Below, one piece after another: positions 51,001 through 64,000 of a DNA stretch of 64,000 nt. The stretch covers positions 248,001 through 312,000 of the forward strand of contig JAQGDQ010000247.1 of assembly GCA_030141605.1 (NCBI GenBank), read 5' to 3'. Position 1 is the first letter of the stretch, and each line of letters opens with the position of its first letter. A program made the translations under genes and the position numbers. The notes under the pieces were generated by a model. It was not told the DNA's origin and did no database searches. It saw only the letters and a list, made by a program, of their open reading frames with translations. Origin of the DNA: Tubiluchus corallicola. Taxonomy: Eukaryota; Animalia; Priapulida.

Positions 51001-54000
51001 CCACAGGACACATAAAAATCGTTAATTTATCCAACTGTGCCCTGAAACACGAATAATGATTGGAAAAGTATCCCGAGATTTTTATAAATAGATCCTATTA
51101 CATTTATGCCAACATTAAAAGTTTTCAGTCAAGAATAGGCAAATTTATCTCAAGGCTGCATATCAATAGTTTAGCTAAATGAATACAGAATGTAGTAAAA
51201 TAATGTCAGCAATGGAATGGTTGCTTAGAAATGAAAACTATAAAATCAACCAACAATATTGATAAAGTTGTTGAATTAAGCAAAATTAATACCAAACAAG
51301 AACATTAAAAGCTGTAAATTATTGGTAATCTGGATACGTTATATTTCCAATAAAAACCGGCATTAATAGTGAAGTAACCAAACAATATCTATTTAACATG
51401 TTAATCAGATATTTATTGACACTTTATTGAAAGCGTACAGGTGACACCAGTGACGTAGCAAGCGTTTCTAGCACCCGGGGGCAAAAAATTTCAGGCGCCC
51501 TACTCATTCAGTGTGTTGATCACTTGTTTATGGGTGAAGACACAAAAAGTGTGCGTTTTTGGTTCCCTGAGACCGACTTTCCTTTTTGGACATAATGGGA
51601 TAAAGATGCACATATTATTTCTAAGAATCACACTGAGTTTGGTTTGCGGTACTGCACCGGAGTAACTTTTTTCTACGCATTAGTTGTACTTAATATGACA
51701 GTCCTTAAATATTCAGCTCCAGTATTAAAACATACAAAGATTATGAAAAACACAGAACACTTCAAGCTTTCACAATAATACTCAGACATTTAGAGAGTAA
51801 CGCCACTGTATCTCCCAAAATTATCAATCTGCTATGCCACGTGCCACCATACACATGTAGTTAAGCAACAACATTAGTGTTTTTTAGGCTGTAGTAACTA
51901 AGTCAGCTACAATAACCTATGATTAAGCAATCTTGTAGCTTGAAAACTTTTGTTAATTGTTTTGTTAATGTCAGATTACTAATTAATGACTGACAGTCAT
52001 TAAACCCTAGAACAATTTTGCACCTTCTCACCCTTATATCCCAGGAAAGTTGCCCCCAGTCACAACCCCCTTTGCTACGCCTCTCACCTACACCTCATAC
52101 CTTTAGGAACTGCCATCTCGACAGACTTCTGAGTTTTTGGGGTCGGCATGGAACTGCTCCTCTGTGTCCTGTATGGAGGACGACCACCCATTCCGCCCTG
52201 TTCCAAATCCAAACTTCGCCAAACCTTTGGGCTGTTTGATTGCGCTGGCTGAGGATTTGCTGATTTCTGCAAGCAGTTTAGAAATGCAATTTTCGCAGGT
52301 CTAAAGAATTCAAAACTCAAAAAATGTTCTCTGATACAATAACACAGCATATCCAAAAGGTGCAAGAAAGGTGATTTGCTGTGGAGGAATCATCCCCTTA
52401 ATTCAATTTCATGTGGCCATGTGAGAGTCTAGCAAAAGGCTGAGCTGCAATTATAAACAGTTCAAATAAGAAAACTCATTCAAAGTACAAAAGACGTACA
52501 CAAAAAGTTTTCTTAACACAAACCAAAGAAAAGTGTATATGAGAGCATTCTCGCATTTCAGAAATGTGCATAATGAAAACTTGATTTTTGCAAACAACAT
52601 GTTCTCTTTCTAAATTTGTGATTATGATATCTTTTTAGCAATGATACAGCCTGCTATTGTCATATACAAAATAGACAAAAGTATTAATGAGGTTAAATTC
52701 AAATGAGACAGAAACAACTAAGACTGAAACATAAGTTACTTATTTCCAAAATCACGAAGCCAAGAACCCAAACATTTAGAAACTTATCATCATTCTTGAA
52801 TTTATCAAAATTCAGCAAACTTTGTTGAATTTAGCAAAAAAATTTTCCACACAAAATATATTTAAGCAGCAGTTGAGCAAGCCGAGTATAGTGCATTGAG
52901 TGTTTAATATTCAAAAACAAGAAATAAAAAGCTTGTAATTGACAAAACCTCTCACTATAGAGATAAATTTGTTAGCGTTAACTTTCATTATTTCTTACAT
53001 CACAACACCTGCACACACTTGTTGATTAAGTCATAACACCTGCACACATCTGTTGATTAGTGTTACAACACCTGCACACACCTGTTGATTAGCGTTAGCA
53101 ATGTTATTTTGATCCAGAATATCCCAGGATTTCTGTCTACGAGCCTGCGGCTGAGCTGCACCTATAGCCTCCGCAGGGGCGGAGCTACTGTTACGCACGG
53201 GGGTGTGGCTTGTTGTGTGCCGACATGTGCTGGCCGTAGTGCAGACCTAACATAACAGTGTACACAAACACAACTGTTAGCTTACAGCTAAATAAACAAA
53301 AATGGTTAGAAACAAACAGCTGTCGTTAATGAACAAAATCAGTAATAAACTTTTTGTTAAGACTTTTATGCGCAAACACTTCTAAAAGCTACAAAACTAT
53401 CAATGAAAACAGCTAAAGTGATACATGCTTCCTACGACACAAAACTACGGAACACAAATAACAAAACGTGTATCTAAAATAGCACATAAAATCCACAAAA
53501 CAGAGTTATTAGCCAAGAAGTAAAGTAAATATGTGTTTAAAACAGAGAAATTCTTAAGAATTCTGTGAAATAAGAAGTACTTTGCAGTTTGTACTGCCAA
53601 AATACAAAAAAAACAATTAAACAATTAGCTTTTTCACAGTTCCAGCGACTGATGATGATTGCGAAAAGGTCAAAGGTTAAGTGAACCTAACAACATTATC
53701 TGAACCAAACAGCACATTTTTTACACTTCTCAACACCTCGCAGCCCGAATTGTAATAGTAACAGTTCTTGGCGTTAATTTTCGCTTCAGTTATTTCGTTT
53801 TACATGCATTGCTGCTGCTATTTTGCTAGTCTCGTGACCGTTGTTGTTAAGTAAGGCGCGCCACATTCAGATAACCTTTGACCTACAGCAAGTGTGTGTG
53901 TGTGCGTATAGCGAAACTGTGAAAAAGCTTATTGCAGTTTCATGAGAATCCTGCTGGTGTGCATGCATACTTCATCCAGTTGTGCTATTATCATCCATTA

Positions 54001-57000
54001 AAGTATAGTTACTAAATTAAAATAATTTAGTACACACCTGATGCTGCACCAACTCAGCACTAATACTGTCTGTTGACTCTGATTGCGTCATGGTATTCAT
54101 CAATCTGTGCTTCAGGTGGCAACGACTTTGCACCTCCTCGCTGACAGATATCAGAGCGGCGAGATAAGGAACTGACTCTGGCGCCACCTCAAATTTATCT
54201 CTGAAATGAGTAAATATGAGAGCATCTTGCAAGTAGAATAATCACATATTAATCTTGTCCGACAAAGAAACATTCCTTGTTCAAGTGCCCAAAATTTTGT
54301 ATGTAGAAATATTTTATTTTGTCTAGGATATTAGTTTCATAAATATGCAACATTGTACATTACTCTACATTATATATTCTAACTCTGTACATTAGCTTCC
54401 AAACTCAACTAAAGTAAATCAAAGTTGCTTCTCTTGTATCTAATTGTTATTCACTTATATCTCATATTTAGGACATGTATGAAAAGGTAGCTCAGGTATT
54501 AATGTATTTGGAGATGGCAATCAGTCCAAATACATAAAACAGAATGCATTAACTAATATGATCATTATTTCCTTATACGCTCTCAAAAGTAAAGAGGAAT
54601 ACACAGTTTCTTATTGTCATTCAAATGAGATCATTAGTGTCATCTTATAAGACTACATACCTTTTAAATGGCTTGGCTACAATACTGAGTAGTACATTTA
54701 GAATTCGAATTGTGCGACTAACAGTGTTTGGAGCTGTATGACGAAAACCTATACCAAAAAATAATATGATAAGCAATAAAGAACATGTTTTACAGTTTAT
54801 CAGAAGAGATGTACACATGATGCAACAAGCTTTGCAAATACTATTGCTTTCAAAATGTTCGTCTAACAATTTTCTGGCAAATGATGGGTAAAAGAACGAT
54901 ATCAGTACCTTTAAGTAAATGACCCACGAGCGCAAAATTAAAGTTTGCCTTGAAACTCAGTCCAATGGAATGGTCCAACTGTTTGAAATGCCATTCTAAT
55001 GGTACTCTTGCTCCCATCATAACATCTTCTAATGTCTATAACAGAAAACAAATGACGTTTGTGATGCTACTGGTTTATTCTATGGCTACAAGTGCTAAGA
55101 TATAATATGTTGTGTGCACATGGCACAGACAAAGACAATGATCATTGTCCCAAAACTGAAAGCAAAAACAATCTAAAAGATATACCAAGGTTCGCTTTCA
55201 GTGTCATTTAATGATCATTAAAAATAGCATAAATGCTTAGTAAGGATATAAACCGAGGAAAAATTATACTGGTAACGTATCAAATGCTTCGAAACAGGCA
55301 ACACATCAGATAACCTTTCTTTTCCAGTCTATTGCACACATATAGCAAGTATGACCTGAATACACACAATAGTCTTGAAGGTTTATGTGTGGAAAAAAGA
55401 AAAAAAGGTGAAAAGGATGGTATAATGATGCTTATTTCTAAGCCCTCTTTAGCTAGTAGGAGATAAGGAATAATTATTTTCAACCTAAAAAGAAATTTAT
55501 TAAATTTTATAAGAAATAAAAATGGAAAGCAGGCCAAACAATGCGATAATCTAAAATGTAAGAAATCTCTAATTTAACTCAAGTTTAATTTAGAAAAATG
55601 CTCACGTGAAACAAATGTAATGAAATCATTGGAAATTTATGAAATGTACAAGTACGTCATTATACTATTTGAGATTCTATGTAAAATAAATTAGTTATAA
55701 TTTACCTGATCTTCAAACACACCAAAGCTGTCAAGGGTGTGTAAGTTCTGTTCTAACAGAGCTAGCCCTGATGCATATAAAGACACTTCGTCAAGCTGAA
55801 GAACGGACACGGCAACCCAGAACAGAGCTGTGTGAATAGGGGATTCCTAGAGAATGCAGATAATCAGATCTTAAAAAGTGCAACAATTACACATACCTTA
55901 ATGATGTGTTTGTTTTCATTTTTTTTATTTCACTTTTTTTGATAATACTAAGGTGAGTAAAATGTTTAGGTCAGAATTTTTGATCTTCATAATATCTTAG
56001 ACTTTGGTATCTTTAACTTAATAACAATCATTGGGCACTGATCACAACTGGCGACAAATCAAAAAGTTTCACACAACAAACTGAAAAATCAAAATTTTGT
56101 GAACAATTGTTAAAATCAGCAAGGCCATCATTGAGTGTTGGTCATGTGAAATCTCAACACACACGCAGGCACGCAAATGTATCAAAAATCAATATCTAAT
56201 TCACTGCCTCCATAAAGTTTGTTAGCTGTGCAAATGTACATTCATTCAGAAAGGCATTATTAAATCATTTAACAAACAAAATGTAATTTGTAAAAAGTTT
56301 TTTATGCCTTTAATAGAATTTAATTTGTTTTTATCATTCTTATTGTCAGCTCAAGCTTTTTATATAACAGGTTCAGGCTATTATGTTCTGTTTTATGTAT
56401 TATTATTTTTTTTAATTACTGTATTTTTATTTCACTTATTTTTTATATACATGTTCATGTGATTTCTAATTTATTTATCTTGCTATATTACAGCAGAGAA
56501 CGCATATTTTTTGTGGACAACTTAGGATATAACACGATTAAAGTGTTATCCACTTTAAATAAAGTTTTTATTATTAGTAGTAGTAGGAGGAGGAAGGTTC
56601 CGATGAACTCTCAAGTTATTGTCTTCTGGCAACGCATCCGTAAATTATGTTATGCAAATTTAATAAGCTATAAAAATATGGCAATAAAATTTAACAGCTA
56701 CTTACACTTCGTAGTAATGGCTGTAACCGGGTCAAACACATAACAATTGAGTCAATCAGTGCTATGTCTTTTGTCATGTATCCATCGTTGAACGACTCAA
56801 GTGCCTGAAAACGAAATAAAATTAGAAATTTATGTATAACATCAGTATTTGAAAAATGATATATTTTCGTAATCAGTTCCTAAAATCACGTTAAGTTAAA
56901 ACAGTTAATTTCTTAATTATTTAATGAAATAAGCAGGTAATTACTCAACAATGAATTACGGTGATAAGTCATAATAAATACACCTTAATGCTTTACGATC

Positions 57001-60000
57001 AGAGAAAATGAAAGTGTAACAAATCAATAAAAACTCATTAGAGCTTAAAATTTACAGGATAAAATGTGTGCGCTAAAGACGTCTTTAACAGTTCGCAGCC
57101 TCCTTTTAGACTATTATCCTTAATAATAAGCTAGGCTGTCTTCGCAAGCAAGAAATATACAATATACATGTATGTACTTGTCTTACAATATACAATTGTT
57201 ACAACTTATATTCAACAACAATGATTATGTTTCTGCTGCTTATCAATAATTTATACTACTTTTATAAAATTTCTTTGCTTGCTAAGGCAGGACCTGCTCA
57301 ATGTAAATGACCAGAATCTAGCTCATTATTAAGGTAATAATTTAGGATGCGAATTTATTGCCGTAACCCGTATTATACTAATTTGGCTTCCCTGCTGAAC
57401 ATACAGAAAGTTTCTTGTAATAAACTTGCTGTGCTTACTTGCGATAAACAATAAGGCAGCTCACAGGGCACTCAAAGGGCAAGTCTCAGCCACTTGCAAG
57501 AAACAGGAGTGGGTTGTTTAATAATAATTAATTATCATTAGCAGCCCCATTGTCACTAACCCCATAGAGACTGTAATACTTGATGATTCATGACGAACAT
57601 TAGTTACGTTGTACTATCATTTTCAAAACTAAGCAGTAATCTGTTTTAGTTATTGGCAAAAAAATACAAAATATAAACATTCACTTGAGGTGAGACAATA
57701 CATCTCTGTAGTACCGTGTATATATGTTACAGGCAATGTGTGAAATGGGGTATTCTATAGAATGCCTAAGTATTGTATAGAGTGCCAAAACAAACCAGGC
57801 AAAGTAACTAAAATAACAAAAGTAACTCTACACTTTTGCTGCGCATTATATATAATGCGAAAGTCTAACTAGACAAAGTATGTAATTTTTAGCATTACAT
57901 TAGCTAACATAATTCTAAATAAGCAAGCAAGTAGCATAAGTAAGTAAGAGGTAAGTCAGGCAGTTAGCAAGTACCACTGTAGCAGCAATACTAGGCAACG
58001 AGGAATGGTGAGCAGAAAACACTATTTCATTTGTGTCGATTATGACCAGCAGTTGTACATCGATTAGTTTTATTTTATTAAGCACCAACATTTAAGCATA
58101 CTTCTGTCAATATTATTACACATCAAGATACATCTCGCCCTGAAAATGTGTGTAATGTTGTAGTTTTACAACATAGTAATTATCCCGCTTTACGATAAAA
58201 TTTTTATGATTTTAACAATGCATTGTTCATTGCAATTCATGTGACTGAAACACAGAAAGCTCCACCCAGTTAAAGTATACATACTAGTAAGCTCACATTG
58301 TCAACTTGCGAATTTCCACTTATCTGACTGGAGAGAAATAAAGTTCAAGGCCCACCCACTGTGCATACAAATTAGCTCACGTGCTCGTTCTGGTTGGCGG
58401 ATTGTCAGACAAGTCCAGCTAAAAACAGTTAAGCCCTAGTGTCACAGCACTACAACAAAACATCTAGGTTGACATTAATCGTTTTGAGCGGCAAACTGTT
58501 GTCAGTTTGCACAAGTAATTGTAATTGTTTTTCAAGATTTTTAAATGGCTTTTATTGTATTAATTCTTAACATGTACTTAGAATGTTAGAGATACTTGCA
58601 GATAAAACTAGCAAACTACGTACAAGGATTTATTTTTCTAGATATGTTTCATAATTTCACTTTTTAACTGTAACTGTAACAATAGCATATTTTGAGTGAG
58701 CAGTGAAACAAGTTTGGGCAATGTGCATAAAAAAATGATGGCCCGCAAACCAGCAATAAACTACATGTAATTGGTATTAGTGTTCAATTATTCAATAATC
58801 AACCCCAAAACAAAACGAGTGTGATGTCACCCAAATGATGTCACTGAAACCACGGCAACAACTCTCTTATGATGTAACAGTTTCAAGTAAACTTAGTGAG
58901 TGAGACACACGCTTTTTAAATGTCGCCCCACTCATACTTAACAAAAGAGTTATCAAAGTATTTTAATTTCAAAGAGCATCTCAAAAAATGCCGCGAAGGT
59001 ATGCTATAGCAACAACCCGTTTGCCACCCGGAGTCACGGTGCATCCGCCACCCGGAGATGCTCCAAGGAGGAATGCGTTCCTGCCAGTACTAGATGCAAG
59101 AGTAAGCCATTTCATTTTGCATTTTATTAAGAGATTTTGACAAGAAGAAAACATTAGTGACATTTAATCTTTCTGGTATTTTGAGGTCAGATACATTTTA
59201 TTTATCGATTTTGTTGAGTTTGGGGCTGTTAAATGAAAGCCAAGTAGTTTATAACATAGTAACCCTATGTTGATAGTTGCTATAGCGATTATAATTGTGC
59301 GTTTTGTTGCAACAAGGCTCAGCATCTGAGTACAAATTTTCTGGTTGTCAAGTCACACAAAATAAAGCATGATGTAAGCAAATAGTGCTTAGTTTCTGAC
59401 AGTAAAGCCCGAAGTTTCCACAAGGAAACTTACTGTATTATTAATACAGATTTATGCAATGATTTGCCGGCGCAAATAACTAGCCGTCTACGCTAAAAAT
59501 GTTGATTAAATTGCCTCCATTGATTGATCGCATTTCTAGGCACAAGTGTCAAGAAGAAGGAGCTTGGAAGTCCAAGGCACAATAGCGTCAATGCATACCA
59601 GAACATCAGCTGTAAGTCTGAACCTTTTGACTCCCTTGAATGGTGATAATTTTACGATTAAACATATCAACACTTCACATAAAGCTGTATCAAAGATCCA
59701 ACCAGCCACAAACTAGCAGTTGCCTAAACATCATGTCTTGAAACTTTAGAGGTGAAAAAACTGAACTTGACGATTGGTTAGAACTGAAGAATTTGTTGCC
59801 TATTAGTACTTAGCAAATCAACAACTTGGCCAGCCAATGCAAGTAAGACAGTCAGCAGTCATTCATTCATTTGGCTGGTCAGTAAGTAAGTAGTTCATAA
59901 ATCAGTCAATCTGCCACTCAGCCAGTAGTCAGTCATTCAACAATCTGTCAGTAAGTTAGTTAGTCAGTCAGTTCAGTCTGTAGTACTAGTCAATCAACCA

Positions 60001-63000
60001 GTTAACAGTATTTCACTCAATTAGTCAATCAGTGACAGCCAACCAGGTCAACTAGACTGCTTGATGAGTAATCACAATTTTGCAATAACTAATAAGTTTT
60101 AGTATCTTTGTCAAAATTGCAGTCCGAATGTGCCCAGCATACAAGTCACAAGAGCTGACCGTCACCAATGTCACAACAGTGTAAGACAGCCAGTGTACGT
60201 GTTAGACAGAGGAGATGCTTTCCAACTGCCTCCCATAGAAACAACAACTAGTCTTTGTGGCACAAAGAAGACCTTGTGCGAGCGGAGCTTGCCTCGAACA
60301 CGATGGGTATATGTCGTTCCATGTATTATTTGATTGTATATATGTTCAAGTATAATTAATACTAAATTAGATCCTTTGCCGAGAATTAGTAACTAGCCAT
60401 ACATAACTTCAAACTTTTAGCTTTTTGGAAAGGACTGCCTGTGTGCACAGCTATAGGGTGCTGGTGTAGCAGCGGTACCATGCTGAAATTTGAGACTTTT
60501 TGAAAACTTTAGACTTTTTTGTCCAAGGGAAGTATAGTTCCACATTTCATTTTGACCTTATTTCCTGCGTATTATTTTCTTAAAACTTGTGTGTGATAAA
60601 TTTCTGTAAATAACAATTTAGTTAGAGGCACACTAATAACATTAGGTTAACTGAGAGTTAATTTTCTCATTATTGCTCTGTCCGCTGCGTCGTCTTACAC
60701 ACATGCTAATTACAGGCCTGCATGCAGCATAAAAGGGGTTAAAAATTGGCTTAACCATTATTTAATCACTTCGGATACCTCGCCCTCCCAGAAAATTTTT
60801 GCGCCCCCCCCCCCTGCTTGTCACATCTAGTTCCGGCCCTGTTCGGTAGAGGGGTATATAAAACAGGTTACATACTAATATCCTAACTTGTAGCCGATTT
60901 CCACGTCCTTCCAAAACACTATAGAATTCAGTGGCAGCTCGTAGCTAAAATTAGTGGGGTTGCTGCTTCAGAAAATTTTTACCCATTGTTTTAATACTGT
61001 GTAAAACGTAACAAACATATGTAATTTAAATGTTGTAGTTATATTTGAAGATCGCGTATTGAACAGTCTGTTTTCTTAACTGCAACTTTCTCATGGAGGG
61101 ACAACAGTGAAAAATTAAGCTGTTGAAGTTCACTTGCAGTCATAGAAGTTATTTCTTGGGGATGCAAGGCATCCATTATTAAATAATTTGTTTTAAGCAC
61201 ACATGCTAAGTTTACATTTTATCACATCCAAGAATATGATGTTACACAGTAAGCACGTGGCAAATGTCACTGTGATAGACACAGTACTTTTCTACCTAGC
61301 AGCAGACGATAGCGTACAGCGTGTTATCTCAGACAAACAGCCAAACACCATGTTGCTTGGTGAAACAAATTGTACTTCCCTCACGTGCTCCTGTTCCGGA
61401 CAAGTATAAAAAAGAACTAAAGCAAAAAGACTTATTATATTGAATATTATCGATATTAATGAGTGAAAACGGGGGTACTGCAGTACCACAGTACCTATAC
61501 ATGAGCCGCCACTGATAGAATTTCATCTAAGACCTCCACAAAGTGCTGCACAAACACTGTTTGTACAAGGTGGCATTTTGTGAAGTTTTGGGGAAAAATG
61601 GGTGGAAAATATCCAGCTTTGGTGGTTTTTGCCCTTCGTTCGTTCCTCCTGCATGTCCCAAAGGACCGAATCTGAACAAAACATGAAAGCATTCATCCTT
61701 GTCCAATGCCCCAACCATCCACGGAGTTTTGTGGAAATTGGTTAAATGGTTTTTGCGTATCTTGTTAACAAACAAACCAACAGGGATGAAAATCTAAATT
61801 CATCGTTGTATGTAATTAACAACGGTTTTTGATAATGAGTATTATCAAGCTTTTATACAGAAACACTAAAATGCGACAACAAACATAGTACTCAAATTTA
61901 AATAGAATAATGCCTAATCATTACTGCCATTTATTGATGTATAGCTTCACGTACCTCTCACAACATTGGCAACTGCATTGTGCATGTTAATTAATGCAAG
62001 CAAGGCATCGATTACCAAGCATTTTGGTTCATTCGAACCCCGGATAACTCGAATAGATGTTCGAGCCGTAAGAAATACACATTAGGCATGTTGTATAGCA
62101 TATTTAGTACATTTCTTCAAGATTTAAGCACCTACCTTTACAAGATTTCGTAGTATTTGTTTCACTTCCAGATCATTAATGGTTTTGCTGATGCAACCAA
62201 AAACTATGAGAGCTCGAGGCTGCAGAGACGGATTGTACCGGAAAGCAAAGCTGTAAAAGAACAATAGCCATGACAGCATTATAGAAAATAAAGTAATGAA
62301 CTAAATAAGTAAAGGATTCTTACATAAGCTCAGAATAAAAAACAGATTCAAGTCAAAGTGCTACCTACAAACAATACAATACTATACACAGTAAGTTCTT
62401 ATTTAATGATGCTTCATTTACTCAATTTTAATGGTAATGAAGAACAGTGATCTATTTTCTCACCTAACAACAAAAGTCTCATTTTAATGACTACCCTTTG
62501 ACCACATTAAGGTACTAACATCTTTTAAACGAACTGTTACAGCATAAATGTAAATTGCATTTTTGTTTCCTAGCAGGTTGACAAATCTGTCTACAGAAAG
62601 TTCATACACTGATTATTGTAGACATGAGCTAAACACTTAAACTTTGGAGCACACTTGCCATGTAAAGATAAAAACTGTCTCCTTTGAAAATATTCTAGTT
62701 GTACATGCACACAAACAATCACTCGTACTTCCTGTAGAAACACAGCACAGCATAAGCATTTAACGTTTATTCCTTTAACAGGACATACATGGCTAATATG
62801 CATAAAAAATAAATAAATGGAATGAATTGAATTATATTAGCCAAAATATGTTATTATTGTAGTATAAAGCAGGAGAAATATCTGATATTAGACAAGTTTA
62901 CCTTTTTGCTAGGTCTATCCATTGCTGTAACCACTGGCAGTTTGGTATATCTTTCATACATGCCTAAAAGCCAAATAAAAATGATTAATATAGTATAAAA

Positions 63001-63272
63001 ACTTTAGCTTTACTTTTTCTATAGCAGAAACTAAGTAAGGACCATCTTAAAATCTAAAATAGCTAAGCCATTTAGGCTAAAAACGATTTAGAATAATTTT
63101 TTTTAATAAATAATAGAATACGTTATTTAGATGACTTGTCTTAAATTAGTATTAATAATAATGCTGCAGCACTGCCAAACATACCTCCATTATTTCAAGC
63201 AAAGCATCTGTGGTGACCTCTAGCTGCGATAAAGTAATTTTTTCCAATTCCGGTGGTGACATTGTAAATGAC
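48084..63272 (-). CDS. NF1: Neurofibromin, 3' part (gene continues beyond the window). Exons 63272-63185, 62963-62902, 62250-62136, 56804-56706, 55846-55706, 55035-54909, 54748-54661, 54200-54038, 53246-53082, 52266-52101, 50851-50721, 50294-50194, 49869-49724, 49247-49189, 49007-48813, 48230-48084
   Basis: Spliced translation has NF1 C-terminal motifs: [150 protein letters not shown]...GSFKRKS. All phases checked by hand. Confidence 0.96.
51448..51808. mobile_element. Decayed hAT-like MITE
   Basis: Termini CAGTGACGTAGC...GTAACGCCACTG. No TSD recovered. Confidence 0.4.
53003..53097 (-). repeat. Three tandem ~31-33-bp units spanning an NF1 exon/intron junction
   Basis: (aacacctgcacacaYYtgttgatta) occurs three times; the last copy overlaps the exon end at 53082. 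Confidence 0.85.
53622..53934. mobile_element. MITE-like element in an NF1 intron
   Basis: TIRs caattagctttttcacagtt/aactgtgaaaaagcttattg and an inner inverted pair aggtcaaaggtta/taacctttgacct. Confidence 0.65.
57133..57295. mobile_element. MITE-like element in an NF1 intron
   Basis: Imperfect TIRs aggctgtcttcgcaagcaagaaat/atttctttgcttgctaaggcaggacct around an AT-rich core. Confidence 0.5.
59845..60060 (+). repeat. Degenerate (AGTC/AGTT/AATC)n tetranucleotide tract
   Basis: Read directly from the sequence. Confidence 0.7.
61560..61810 (-). mobile_element. Helentron/HINE-like element in the large NF1 intron
   Basis: Inverted similarity to 28630-28740 and an (AAAC)n subterminal tract. Confidence 0.4.
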
Positions 63273-64000
63273 CTAGAAAACAAAGTGAACCTGGAAATTA
63301 CTCTAGGAACACAAGTAACTAAAACAGCACTTTTTCATTAAATGAGAACATATCTATTTAATCATCATTAAACTGCAATTACTAAAAGGAGTGCCAAAAA
63401 TCGAAAGAAAATTTCCAGCAGAAGCACTTTAATCTTGCAACACATGTAAATCTTATAAACCACAAAATTCATGAAAAATCATTCTGCCTGCTTCTTTCAG
63501 TAACAGCTTAGGCGACTTTAGTCAGTTCAGAGCCTCATCTTATAAAATTAGCCGTGACAATGAGCTAGGGTCCAGTCTTGCTACAAAAACATGTTAAGTT
63601 ATGCTTTACCACCAAGTGCTGGGGCCTTAGCTTGCAAAGGGCTGAATTATATAAAACTTGTAAAAGCAATTTACAGTATGAGATACCAGACAAAGTGTAA
63701 ACTAGTTCTAAAATTTCTACCAGTTATATTTAAAATACTTTTTACACAACTTAAGTACTACTCTACATAAATCGTTGAGGTTCAATAAATTTTTGCTAAG
63801 GACATATACATAAACTCACACAATCAATATTCATTAAGCAAAACTCAACAATTCCGATGCACAGAACAGTAGTTCTCATCAAGCAATGAGAAAGCGAAAA
63901 AAATGTTAATTTTTCAATAACTTCTTAAATGTGCAAGGCTATAAAAAAAACCGACAACAGTTGAAACAGCCAGTAGGAAGGTCAAAATTCTATATTAAAA

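Noticed and set aside
56805-62135. Nested genes in the large NF1 intron, as with vertebrate OMG/EVI2
   Set aside because: Only short unrecognisable ORFs and repeat relics; it also lies further 3' than the vertebrate host intron.

Overview
AT-rich, intron-rich animal genomic DNA. The NF1 sequence looks protostome/arthropod-like, but the species cannot be identified from sequence. Gene order, built by hand from splice sites and reading-frame phase: (1) an intronless, bacterial-type CocE/NonD (S15-family) alpha/beta hydrolase, 73-2280 (+); (2) MMAB cob(I)alamin adenosyltransferase, 8 coding exons, 4903-10429 (+), with one GC-AG intron and no visible mitochondrial leader; (3) SBSPON/RPE-spondin-like gene, 5 exons, 31003-20058 (-); (4) a tandem TMEM79/MAPEG-like cluster on + with one pseudogenic last exon and two intact 4-exon genes; (5) the last 16 coding exons of neurofibromin NF1, 63272-48084 (-). 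The non-coding DNA holds 5S-derived and tRNA-derived SINE relics, several MITE-like and HINE-like elements and many microsatellites. The most unusual items are a 20-bp minisatellite built from consensus 5' splice sites (matching the U1 snRNA 5' end on the other strand), a 35-bp hairpin with an 8-bp TSD that looks like a P-element excision footprint, a decayed 2A peptide plus APE endonuclease remnant in an MMAB intron, and the intronless CocE gene that may sit inside the MMAB transcription unit. All family assignments come from recalled motifs; no database search was run.
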